The position numbers were made by a program, and so were the translations under genes. Shown piece by piece: positions 47,975 through 60,224 of a stretch of 64,000 bases of DNA (its first letter is position 1; every line of letters begins with the position of its first letter). The notes beneath the pieces are model-generated. The model was not told the DNA's origin and searched no databases. It was given only the letters and a program-made list of their open reading frames with translations. The stretch comes from Octopus sinensis (taxonomy: Eukaryota). The stretch covers positions 73,408,001 to 73,472,000 of the forward strand of contig NC_043007.1 in assembly GCF_006345805.1 (NCBI RefSeq). Reading direction: 5' to 3'.

Positions 47975-50900
47975 ATGTCTTCTTTGATGTGCAGACAAAT
48001 ACAAACATCAATAAAATGTGCAATGAATGAGGTTCCAGTTTGGTATGTTGAAAAAAAAAGTGGACTGCAACAACAGAATTTATATCTTAAGCAGGAAATA
48101 ATACAATAGCAATTTTTCAAGGTTAACAGAATATACTGGCTCATTGCAGATGAATGATAGAAACTGATAGAAACAAAATAGAGAATCTTTGAATTATTGA
48201 CCAAATAATGAAAAGAATTATACGAATTGAATAAATCAAACTGAGATTTCATTATATGCTACACCTGCATTAAGGTAGATACCAGTTTAATGTCAGAGCT
48301 TGGTTATTCAATGAAATAAAGCTTTTAAACAAAGAATCACATACAAGAACAGCTTTATTCAGATAAATACAGTTTGACAACACAACCATTTGCCAAAATG
48401 AAGAAAGCATTTAAGGTCTATAATTTCAAATTCTAAAATATTCAGGTCAAAGTGAACCTTTAACTAGAAGCTAAAAGTCTCAGCTGATGGCAATCACATA
48501 CTGGATAAAGTTGCTCTGACATCAAAAACGAAACCAAATGGTTTTCTTACGCCAAGAATTTAATAATTTAGGGACCAGATAAAATTAGTGATTTTTTTTT
48601 TCATGGATATACTCAACGCTGCATCTCAGAGAAAGTTATGTCTGAAAATGCTGGTCAAGGCAATTTAAAGGTTGATTCTGTTTGCAAGGAATATTAACTT
48701 TCTAAAACGTTTTAAATGGTTCTTCAAGAAAATTTGAACCCATGTCATTTTTAATAATACCTAAATATTCTGAAACTTTTCAGTACTTTTAGTTTACTTT
48801 TTTTTTTAAGGTTTTATTTCATAATCTTAAAATTGAAATAAATTTATTACTAATTAGCTGAAAATTACGCCAGGTTTGAAAATAACGACTTTTCCCCACA
48901 CTAATAGTTGCAAAATTAAAAAAGAAATAGAGTTAAAAATTCTGGACACTGACATAAAAAGAAAAAAGCGACTTATTCAGGTCTAACTAGTTCCACCAGT
49001 AATGAAGAGAATGGGTCACAAAGCAAACAATGAATAATTACAAGCTAAAAAAGAATGCAAATAAAATATGTATAAACATAAATGGTTCATATTTAAAACA
49101 GCTGTCATATCTTTCCAGAAATCCAAATTTTATTTTTAATTAAAATATGTCAACATAAACAACACTGCTGTTGATTTTTAATTGCTATTAATATCAAACT
49201 AAATTTACTTTCAAGGTCTCGTTTTAGTAGGGGACTGATATAGTAAAAATTAGGTATGAAATGTGAGAATTTGATTAAAACAGTGCTCGGACACTTCAAC
49301 GGGTGCAGAGACTGATAGCTGTATATTGGCAAAATAAATATGTCGGGATAATTCTATGAACTATACTGTACCTCTACAAAAGTGTGGGTTTGTACCAATA
49401 TGAGAAACTGTTTTTACAGTGTGAGAATAATACAATTTTGAAGTTGCAAATGTCTTTCGGAAAGCGAGGCACATTCTATTTACACACCTATGTAATAAAC
49501 ACAGAACGTTTGAATGGCTGACAATAGAACTATACATTATTTCAATTTTGTCTAAATCAGTGATTAAAATGGAGATACCTGTCAGATAAGGTTGAGACCT
49601 CAGGAAAAAGGAATCGCTTCTTTTAGTTAATTCCAGATTAAATATATTTTAGGCACCTAATATTAATTTATTTTTCAATTGTGCAATTTTCTATTTCGGA
49701 TGACATTTAAAAAAAAAAGGCCTTTTTATACTCCTAGAAAAGCCATTTCCCCAAATTATTCTTTTTTCGATTCCTGAAAGATCTCAATAGTGTCATCAAC
49801 GTGGGTTTTCAATTTGAAGGCGAGTGGCACATACCTTAAAGGTGCACCCACACCTTATATGGATTGTCATTAATAGAAAATGGCAGCAAGAGAATATTTT
49901 AATAATTAGTTTACAGAATATTTAGAGCTAAGGGATTTGGGTATTTGAACCGTCAAATATTAAATCAGTTCTACTTCTCAGTAGTTCAAAGCATTAGTAA
50001 GAATCTCGGTTAAGAGAGTAGTATGAGAATTCTTCGTGAGGAGGGAGGGGACAGAGGGAAAACACTAGTCCTATTTCTATCAGTGGCTGTCATTTTAAAA
50101 GGAAATGAAAACAGTTATTTAAAGAAAAACAAAAAAAATAACATTTGTCATATGGTTTTACATTCAAAGACCTTTAAATTATAATCTTTAGTATTAAAAA
50201 ATATTTAGCAAATGAAAATGTTCTATTCATCAGCAGAAACTTCAAAGAATACAGTTGTTTGTTTGACAAGGAAAATGTCTTAAAAACAAACATCATTCTA
50301 ATATCTATTTACACTGAAATAAATAAGATGCTATACACCTTACGGACATTTCATATCTGATATCCTGACATTTGATATCAACATTTAATTTTAGGGGAAA
50401 ACATTCAAGATGTCCGCAAATAATATAATTATCGATGGACAGTTAAATACACACGCACAGTAAAAATGTTAAGCTAAAGTCAATTGTTCTTGCATCACCA
50501 AAAAAAGTGAGTGACATTCGACAGTAATGAAAGTCTGTTTGCATGTGTCAAGCATGCAGGTACAAATCGCAACATTTCGTTTTTAATTATAGACTTGAGA
50601 GATGAAAATAACCTCTCTTTATAGTACTGTAGCAAGCAGTGAATAATTCTTAGTGCAACCAGCTTTATACGAAGTTATCTAAATATATATACTATTACTC
50701 TACCGGCCCACTTTCCGTTGAGTAATATTAAAGACACCATGATTAGAGAAATACAATGATGAAGTTTAGAAAAGAATCGACATAACTTACACCAAAGTTT
50801 ATATATAACAACAAATACAGTTAAGGAATTGAGATTATTCGAACCCGTTATTTTTTTACAGTATTAAATTAGGTCTTGAAAAATTTCTCAAATGAGAAAG

Positions 50901-52082
50901 AAATTAGACGAAGTAAAAATAGGGCATCTCCAAAAGAACAAAAATAAAAGCTGACGAATAATATTAAGTAGCAAAAAGAAGCTATGACGAAAAATTAGAA
51001 CAACTGAGATGTAACTAGAAGAAATAATTCTTATGAAAACAGACACACACGCACATATATACATATATGTATATATAATGTACTGATGAGTGTCCGATAT
51101 AGACGACCGCACCCCACAGAAGAGGATAAAAATAGAATACTTTTAATATGTACCTGTATCGGGCCCAGGAACTAAAATAAAAATCAGCACTACAAAACGT
51201 TCTCTCTAAAAGATTAGCTACACAAGTTTAGAGGAACCATTTTTATTTTTACCATAGTCATTATTTAACTACACGCCTACTATGGACACGTCAGGCCTTG
51301 ATGGTCTGGCACCGAAATAAAGTTAGAATAGTTACTCATCAGGCTGGTGTCTGCTGGTACTAATACCGTAAAAAGAAAAAATCTGATTTAATTATTTATC
51401 CTTAATCAAAATAACGTACACAAATAATATTAATTAAATATTCGGTATATGAATCAAGTACCCTCGTTGCTAACTCATAACCGACTACCCAGTTCTAATA
51501 TTAAAAAAACACCCCTAAAAAAACAAGGCACTATATTGGATATTATGAAATGAATTTAGGAGGGGTTCCACCCCCACATATTTTAACGGGGTAGATTTTT
51601 TTCTTTACTTATTCATATAAACGCACGTGTTAAATTATCAAATTTATATCACTTTCAAATTAACTCAAATGTTTGTTACATAGACTGATCGTTAATTATT
51701 TAACGAGACGTGTTAAAATTATAAAAGCAGAAATAAACATTTAAGCACAGCTACATTAAATGAGTCCCTCCGAAAGGGGTGAAGGATAACTATTAATAAT
51801 GGGACAAGAATATTAAAGGTTTGAGTTATAGTAAAATATATTGTTAATCTATTGTAATGGCAGGTTCTTCGTTATTTTAATTAGTATCTGTTTCTATCTT
51901 GCTGTATATTTTTTTTACAGCTGTAACAAGTACGCATAGTAGTAGCTACTAAAAATAACTAATACTGGGAAGCCGTAGCAAAATTTCTATGAACAGACGA
52001 AAACAATTGAAATAATGATATAGCAATTAAGTATTGTTAACATTGAAGAGAAATTACGAAAATTCGTAAAAGAAATACATAC

Positions 52083-52340
52083 TGCCTTAGCACACTCCAA
52101 CTCGTTTTTAGTGGCATCATAAAGAGATTCTAAATCTTCGTATTGATGCTGTAAACTCTGTTTTTCTTCTAAGACATCGAGACCGTACTGGGCTGCTTGT
52201 AATTTCTGCTGGGTCGTTTCGGCAAGCTCGGCATGTAGCCTCTCGACTTCGCCCTTCAGCTCATCTTTGCTCAATGCGGACAAATTGAGGGGCTGTTGAG
52301 CAGGACAGCAACTAGTATCACTAGCTTCAGTCTCAGACAT
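52083..52340 (-). CDS. BicD: Bicaudal-D homologue, coding exon 1 (86 aa, MSETEA...ELECAKA)
   Basis: ORF 51987-52340 contains EVERLHAELAETTQQKLQAAQYGLDVLEEK, the BicD N-terminal CC1-box (AAxYG) signature. A phase-0 donor GCA|GTATGT sits at 52083/52082, after which the ORF runs into intron-like sequence. Confidence 0.95.
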
Positions 52341-52700
52341 TCTCTAAGAAAAGGCCCCCACCGCAAATGAAACAACTTTAACAAAAAGTTGATGCGAAAT
52401 GAGCTTTTTAATCCCCAAAGGTTAAAGCTCAAATACCCGAGCAGATTTAACCATCCATCACCATGCTATGTGCCATATTTAATTTATGCAGAATTCACCG
52501 GAGATGATCACGTGACAGAGATTCGGAAGCCGTGTAGGAGGAGGAGGAAAGGAAAGAGGCAAGTAGGTGATAGTGAGAGGAATAACGCAATTAAGAGGAA
52601 AGTTTGACAAAGTCTTCTGGCTTGTCTGAAGAACAACAAGAAACGAAGTTATTTTATAGAAGAGATTCCGGGCAAATCTTTTAGCATTTACCCACTTAAA
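52341..52700 (-). promoter_or_regulatory. BicD 5'UTR/proximal promoter region with E-box (GTCACGTGAT, 52507-52516) and ETS-like CGGAAG (~52524)
   Basis: Locally more GC/CpG-rich and repeat-free stretch immediately upstream of the ATG; the motifs were read directly from the sequence. Confidence 0.5.
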
Positions 52701-54678
52701 TTTACAATAGTCTATACCAAAATATATTTTCCTTCCCCCACAGGGAATATTAATTTACTTTAATATATACAAAACGTAGTATATACTTTTTATCTGTGAA
52801 ATTGCAATTATGATCTTTTCTTATTCATATTAGATGGCGTACAAAAAGTGACAGTTTATCAACGTATAATTATCTCTTGATTATAATTCGAGGAAGATTT
52901 ACACAATTATATCAATATTTATGAAAGTATAAATTTATTTCTGTTACATTTTATTTTCACTTATATGACGCATGTTGGCTAATTCTGTAGCATTTCTCTA
53001 AGTTATGTGTTAGAAGCATACTAACTAAAAATATTTCGGTCCTGACATGTTTCAATTTTTTCGTGAGAGACGATTGCCCTGTCACTGAAGTTCACTCTTC
53101 TTCATCATCCATCCTACTGCACAATATTCTCTACTTTACGATCCCTGATTATTGTAAGTTAGCTAATTAATGGGTTTGCTACCAATTCTGTGTGGGCTGC
53201 TGATTGCAGCAAATATATATTTCAAGGTTTCTAAAACATTAAATTATGGGAGGAGGGGCATGGAAACTCATTCTAAGTGTATTTCTCGATATCTCCCATG
53301 CAACTGAAATCTAATCCTGTAATCTTTGAAGTGGTTTATACACAGCTGAACTGCAGCTGTACAAGCAATAAATAAAATAAATCGATAAAAATAATATTAT
53401 TAAAGGCGTTCTTGAGCCCCCGGAAAAAAAATTATTACCAATTTGGATGTGTCCATCTGCCATTGAATATCCTCAGCAAAAGAAGGGGGATTTAAAAAAA
53501 AAAACTTCTTTGGCCACTTTCTTTAAGATTGTAGTTATGCTTTCTGATCATCAGCAAAATATTGAAACTAACTTCGAAGAATCATTCTGTCTCATGTTCC
53601 TTGACTCAGATGACCCAGTCATGCAGACAAAGTCAGTATATTTGTTGTCCAATTTACCACCGTTTTCCTTTCGCATACAATCAATGAATCCTTCTTAGAC
53701 TCACATCATTAAGCCAACGTCTCCCACCACTACATATGCACTGTCTCCAAGCAGACAAATGTTTTTGATTTCATAAGTACATCAAAGCAATCTGTTTAAA
53801 TTTTTTGGCTCCAGCTCATTAAAATATTACAATTACGACCTCACTGTCAAAACCTGTGCTTTTTCTCTCAGCTGATGATTCTTTAAAAACAATAAACTAG
53901 CTGTAGATTGCTCTACCTAACTCCTGTTTTAATCAACCCTTCCATATCTGTCAATCATAGCTATTACTCTTCTTCTTCAGAACTGCATCTCTCTTTGCTC
54001 ATCTTTTTTCATCAAACATTCAACACTTACTAACAGCAACACTGGTTTAACTCTCCTGGGTAAATCTATTAGATCATGGGTCTGATGAATTAGAGCTGAC
54101 CTACACTACACAACAACAACAATAACTGCTATAAGTACTGAAAATGAGCAAAGAAGAGACAGGACACTAGTGACTGTTTCTATAGAAATGAAATGCACAG
54201 AGAATGTAAGGAAGCAGACCATATGAAGATGACTTGTTTACAAATAGAGAATCTTGAAAGAGTAAATTCAAGTACATTAGGCTTTTATAGGAATCAAACT
54301 ATCTTGATGATAACATTGTTTATGAAGTTGTGTCATTAAAAGAGGTCAACAGTTATTAACAAAAATAGACTGAATAATAATTCTTAAAATGAAGGAAGGC
54401 TAATTTTATAACAGTGCCATGAGAAATAAAAAAGAAACAGTAAAAGAGAACAGTGTGATCCTAAAAACTTTTTCAGGTGAGAACTTATTAGCATTAGTTG
54501 TGTTCAAGGGAAAAATTAGAGCACAGTTGATAGTAAAAATTAATATAATGAGGAAGATCATCTTTCAGGTGTGAGGATTTTGCTTGGCAGCAGAAATCTT
54601 ATTGATTCTCTATAAGATTTCTGCTGCCAGGCTTCCAGATGGTGAAAAGATACTAAAATGATAGGGAAATGCACTTTA

Positions 54679-55038
54679 CTAGCACTATGACCTGGCGTTA
54701 CCAGGTCATAGTGCTAGTGCATGCATATACAGCTGTGTGCGTGCGCACATACAGGCGAGTACTGTCCAAATCTCCGACCAATCACATACAGCTAGCTGGC
54801 ATTCAATTGGCGTATCAAGTTTCGGGCATTTTGATTGGGTTTTGGATAGAAAATTCACAAAAAAGTCACTTCTATAGATTTTTGAATGGGTTTGCGAAGT
54901 GACTGGGGAAATGTAAAAATGTGCACGACCACCCTTGGACAATTTTGAATGAGCATAGAAAGTGCGAGCCCTCTAACTGAAAAATTGTGGATTTGTATAA
55001 AGGACACACACACAGACATTTTGCCGTTTATATATATA
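54679..55038 (-). mobile_element. Non-autonomous Helitron-like element (B)
   Basis: The minus strand begins TATATATATAAACGGCAAAATGTCTGTGTG and ends cctggtaacgccagg-tcatagtg-CTAG|T (3' hairpin plus CTAG). Confidence 0.6.
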
Positions 55039-55394
55039 CTAGCAGTATCGCCCGGCGTTGCTCGGGTTTGTAAGGGAAATAACTATATAAGCATTTTTAG
55101 AGAGTTATAGCCAAAAAATAGCAAAAAAATGCATTAAAAATTGAAAAAGAATTAAGGTAAATTTTTTTTTTAAATCGTTGACACATCGTAGATATTTTTA
55201 GAGAGTTACTTCCCTTATATAAAAGCGAAAAAAATGCATTAAAATGGAAAGACGCGCGCTAATACCCAGAAGGGCTCGATATGAATCACGACTATAAGAT
55301 ACCCGCTTTTGGTTAAACTGCACCGCAAAATGTGGGAGTAGTTACGAATCTAAATCGTAGGAGACAGACACACAACTTCACTCTTATATAAAGA
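55039..55394 (-). mobile_element. Non-autonomous Helitron-like element (A)
   Basis: A|TCTTTATATAAG... at the 5' end; cccgagcaacgccggg hairpin then cgatactgCTAG|T at the 3' end; inserted in an AT dinucleotide with no TSD. Confidence 0.8.
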
Positions 55395-55395
55395 T

Positions 55396-55720
55396 GCTTT
55401 TTTTTTTCAGTCATAGAGTTAGATTTATGAAGGTCTTCAGTAGAAAATCCTTCGAATTCTGACTCGCTGCTTGATATAATGAAATTCGTATCCATTTTTT
55501 GTCAGAATTACAAATTTTGAAAACACAATAGGAACAAATTTCGGAAAAAAATCTCCCATAATTCACGGAATTAAAATTACACTTCGATTTTTGTACAAAA
55601 CTGTATTTGAAGTGTTTACGAAGTATAATACGTGTTTTCACGAATGTACTAAAGAGATTTACTCTGATATTCTCATTTAAATATGAATAGGTAAATTCGG
55701 GCGGTTTGGTAACGAAAGGG
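55396..55720 (-). mobile_element. Left end of a piggyBac-like transposon (with acidic transposase N-terminus)
   Basis: TTAA|CCCTTTCGTTACC terminus; downstream MDTNFIISSSESEFEGFSTEDL; truncated at the Helitron insertion. Confidence 0.6.
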
Positions 55721-56695
55721 TTAAACGGATGCATACATTTATAACTATATATAAGTGTCGTCTGTTTATACATAAACACTGTTTCATACTTTCAGTTTAG
55801 TCTTCCTCAAATCACTCTGTCGCTATTTACTCTCTTCCAAGAACATTTTCACTCACTCTTATCTGTTAGCTTGCCATACATTTTACTCATGTATCTATCA
55901 GCGTGATAGACAGAAACAAATATTACATCTAGTTTCACTTTATTCGTTGCACACTGTGTGTGTGCGTTTGCGTGTGTGCGTCTGCGTGTGCTGTAAACCA
56001 GACTAAGAAAAGCATTTGACATACACACCAGAATGTGAGTTTTCTGTAAATTTTGCTTAATTGGAGTTTAAATTTTAAAAACTGGACCTGGCAAAACCCG
56101 ATGCATTCTACTCTTAAAAATGCTAGGTAAATTGTAATTGAAGAAATCCTATATTGTAGATTTCTATAACTGACAAAGGGAGGCAGATAAAATCTGCCTT
56201 TTATAATAAGAGATAGAGATGATAACTGGGAAATAATGAAGTAGATCAAAATGAAGGTATATTTAAATGGGACACAGTATTAATGTTTTGGCAAAACAAG
56301 TAGAGTACCCTAAATGATCAGGCTTTGAGTTAAGGAGTGAATTAAGGGAAGAAAATATCTTGTGAATACTGAAGTACTTTGAGTTGGTAGTTATTGTTGT
56401 GTGTGAAGATTTTGGATTATCATATCAGGAGAGACTTTTCAACTGAAAAGTTTTTACAAATTGTAAGGAAAATCCAATTTTCCTTACGATTATTGAACTG
56501 TAGCAAATATATCAAATTTATGATTTTTCTCATTCCAACTACTATCTCTTTAACTTTTATCTTTTACTTATTTTGGTTATAGGACTGCAATTTTGCTGGA
56601 ACACTGCCTTCATAGGTTTTTAGTCAAACAAATCATACCATATTGAGATATAAGCATAAATACTTACATACATACATATATCTGTAAATGTAGTA

Positions 56696-57124
56696 TGAGA
56701 CAATTATTCTGTAGCCATGATAAAACTCTGAGTTTCGGATGTTGGGGTGGAAATCCACGCCGCCATCTCTTCAGTTATCTGGCTATCGGAAAAAATAGCA
56801 TTTACAGATTTAGCGCCTTCAGACTATCATCTCTTCAGCCCCATGAAAGAGGGTTTGAGAGGCAAACATTATTCTAGTGATGAGGAAATGAAAACTGTAG
56901 TGAAGAAGTGGCTCAAAGAACAGTCAACAGAATTTTACAGGGCAGGGATACATGCTCTCATTCGAAGGTAGAACATTGCTATTGAGAGAAATGGTGACTA
57001 TGTTGAGAAGTAGGGATGTGATCCACAGAGGACCAGCTTCCTTTTGATGTATGATACATGTTCCTGTGTTGGTAAATATACCTGTCCTAAACAAAATGGC
57101 ATTACTTTTAATGACTTACCCTCA
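56696..57124 (+). mobile_element. Internally deleted mariner (DD34D) element
   Basis: DLAPSDYHLFSPMKEGLRGKHYSSDEEMK..W..FYRAGIHALIRR*..NGDYVEK; right end ...atgacttaccctca|TA. Confidence 0.85.
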
Positions 57125-57189
57125 TAATATTTCCTCTCATTATTGATAACATAATTCCATATATTTGCAAATTGTAGATCTCTCATACA

Positions 57190-57520
57190 TAAAATTCTTC
57201 AGGATTTGATACAAATCACTCAAACTCATTTTAAACCTGATTTGGGGATGGACTCTCCTTTTGCATTGTGTCCTAACTATTTTCATTTTTATTGGCTCTG
57301 ATTATAGGGAACTCACTTTTCATCACTTGTGATGATTCTACCCATGGAAAGTTCAGTAGCAAGTCATTGATGAGCAGAGGGCAAATCTTTAATTAAGCTG
57401 AGAAACAGTCAGATGATGAGGGACTCACAGACCAGATTTAGACTTTTTTCCTAATTAATGAAAATGTTTCATGATTGAAGTGTGACTTGAATTGAAGAGT
57501 TTTTCCAATTCTCATGCAGT
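57190..57520 (-). mobile_element. Degenerate mariner transposase fragment
   Basis: Minus-strand RIITSDEK*VPY corresponds to mariner RIVTGDEKW.Y. Confidence 0.55.
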
Positions 57521-57529
57521 TTGCTTTGG

Positions 57530-58554
57530 ATTTTCTTCAACTACAGTCTTCAGAATCTCAGTATTGATTGCATATTACTTATCCATAGCAGGGAAAATCT
57601 ACAAGAGAAATATTTCCTGAGCCTAACTGGCTAAATCATCTTTGGCATGTCTGGACAGTTAAAGCTTCATATCAAATTAGTGGAACGAATATTTTTTACC
57701 TCTTCCATTACTGAAGAACCCTTTTTGAATTTATACAGTATGCAATGTTTGATATAGGTCTAATCTAAATTCATATTAAAGGGTAAAATTTATAACAAGT
57801 TTAATCACTAAATATAAATTAATCTGCAAAGAAAGAAATTAGATCATCAGATTGTAAAATTAATGTATTGAAAAAGTTCCCTGAAAATGACCATGTTGAA
57901 AATGTGACAGGACTTACTTTCCAATCTAATAGTTATTGTATATACTCGTCTTTATCTGTCGCTATGCTGCCAGGTAATGACCCTGTCAAGATGAAACAGA
58001 CCCTCCAACAGAAGCCTACTACAATGATCTTATTTTTTTCTTGAAACTCATTTTAATTCTATCTGTCACTCTCTTGCCCTCTCTCTTCCTCTCCCTCCAC
58101 TTCTCTCATTGTATTTCTCTCTCGTCAACAACAATAACCTATCATTATAATGAAAGTCTTTTTTTAGAGTCTGTGTGGTGCTGTCTACATGTTGAAAGAT
58201 ATACAGAAACACACACACACAAACAACCAAAAAAAATAACTATATGTATTTTCTTCAACTACAGTCTTCAGAATCTCAGTATTGATTGCATATTACTTAT
58301 CCATAGCAAGGAAAATCTACAAGAGAAATATTTCCTGAGCCTAACTGGCTAAATCATCTTTGGCATGTCTGGACAGTTAAAGCTTCATATCAAATTAGTG
58401 GAATGAATATTTTTTACCTCTTTCATTACTGAAGAACCCCTTTTGAATTTATACAGTATGCAATGTCTGATATATGTCTGATCTAAATTCATTTTAAAGG
58501 GTAAAATTTATAACAAGTTTAATCAGTAAATATAAAGTAATTTGCAAAGAAAGA
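57530..58554 (+). repeat. ~305-bp direct duplication (57530-57836 / 58248-58554)
   Basis: Constant offset of 718 bp with only scattered substitutions. Confidence 0.9.
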
Positions 58555-59369
58555 TACTGGTGATACAGTATGGACAGATTTTCGAAATCCAATGATCCCC
58601 TACACGCCTATTTAGTTACGAAATTTTACAAATACACTTTCTCAGGGAGATATGATATACCTATTATTATGGGTAACACTACATGTACTTTTCATATTTT
58701 TTATAGTGTGATGTAACTCTTTGGAATAACAATGCATGTGGCTGAAGAGAGCTTTAAACCATCTTTTATATCTATTATACACTGATGTAAGAACAGGTCA
58801 TTTATAAAGCTTGTAACACATGTACTGCGGCATCCTTTGTGTTCTGTTTTTGATTTTATTTGATATATTCCCTCTCACTTCTGCCACTAGTTGGCATATA
58901 AAGGTGCTTACACTTATCAAGTATTCATCCTAAATTTGCAGTATATATATATATATAAGATGGAGGTGGAAATAGCACAGATGTAAATGTAAGACATTTC
59001 AATTTAGAAAGTATTTAATAAAATGATTTAAATATTATATAAAGAAAATATGGAATATTATCAGTTTCGATAATGAATTTCATCTTGTCAAATATTAGTA
59101 AAAATTTATATATATATATATATAAATAATTATTTTTCTAAAGTTTGTGTTGCATTGTGTTTACAGACTTGCACTTAAAATTCCTATGTTTTTAGTCAAA
59201 ACTTGCCATGGTGACATGACAACACTACCTGTCTAGCAATCTTTCACACTCTCCCCCTCTCTCACTGTATTTCTCTTTCAACAACAACAACTTTTCTTCT
59301 TCTCTTTTCCCCTCCTTTTAAATATACATTGTGACAGGAGTTAACTCGTCTTCTACCCTCTATCTACAT

Positions 59370-59681
59370 CTGAGGTTCTGAAACTTTTTGGGACCACACC
59401 TCCCATATGGCCACATAAAGCCCTCAGTGCTCTACCCCCATTTTTATATATAAATATTTTATATTTTACTAATTTATATATACTGTGAATCATTTGATAT
59501 TTAATATAATATATAATTTGTATATAATATTATAATAAATTTATAGCGTCCCCCAATTCACTGCTGTCCTCCCAATGCCTCCTTTTCTCTACTCCCTTCC
59601 CCCACCCCCTTAAGCACCAGCGTCCACCTGGACCGTCTCAATGCCCACCGGAGGCAGTAGTGCCCGTTTTGAGAACCTATG
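59370..59681. mobile_element. hAT (Charlie-type) MITE with 8-bp TSD ATCTACAT
   Basis: TIRs ctgaggttctgaaac / gttttgagaacctatg; identical ATCTACAT at 59362-59369 and 59682-59689. Confidence 0.85.
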
Positions 59682-59809
59682 ATCTACATAGATGCTATGA
59701 TGAACAGACAGACAGACAGACAGAGATCAGCTTCTGTTTCTATAAAATAAGATTGTAGTAATATTGGTTTCATTAGTACTAATATTGGTTTCATATTTTA
59801 GCACAAGGC

Positions 59810-59976
59810 GCAGGAGTGGCTGTGTGGTTAGTAGCTAGCTTACCAACCACATGCTTCCCCGGGTGGTTCAGTCCCACTGCGTGGCACCTTGGGCATGTGC
59901 CTTCTACTACAGCCTCGGGCCGACCAAAGCCTTGTGAGTGGATTTGGTTGACGGAAACTGAAAGAAGCCCGTCGTA

Positions 59977-60024
<48 letters not shown>

Positions 60025-60207
60025 TGTCCCCCCTAACATCACTTGACAACCGATGCTGGTGTGTTTATGTCCCCATAACTTAGCGGTTCAATAAAAGAGA
60101 CCGATAGAATAAGTATTATTCTTACAAAGAATATGTCCTGGGGGTCGATTTACTCGACTAAAGGTGGTGCTCCAGCATGGCCACAGTCAAATTACTGAAA
60201 CAAGTAA
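59810..60207 (+). mobile_element. SINE family B, full length with internal (TA)n
   Basis: caggagtggctgtgtggttagtagc..ggttcagtcccactgcgtggcaccttgggc..ccagcatggccacagtca. Confidence 0.85.
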
Positions 60208-60224
60208 AAAAGTAAAAAAAAAGT

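Noticed and set aside
57365-57415. ttgatgagc...gaaacagtc second hammerhead-like string
   Set aside because: C3 is missing, there is no stem I pairing, and it lies inside a mariner remnant.
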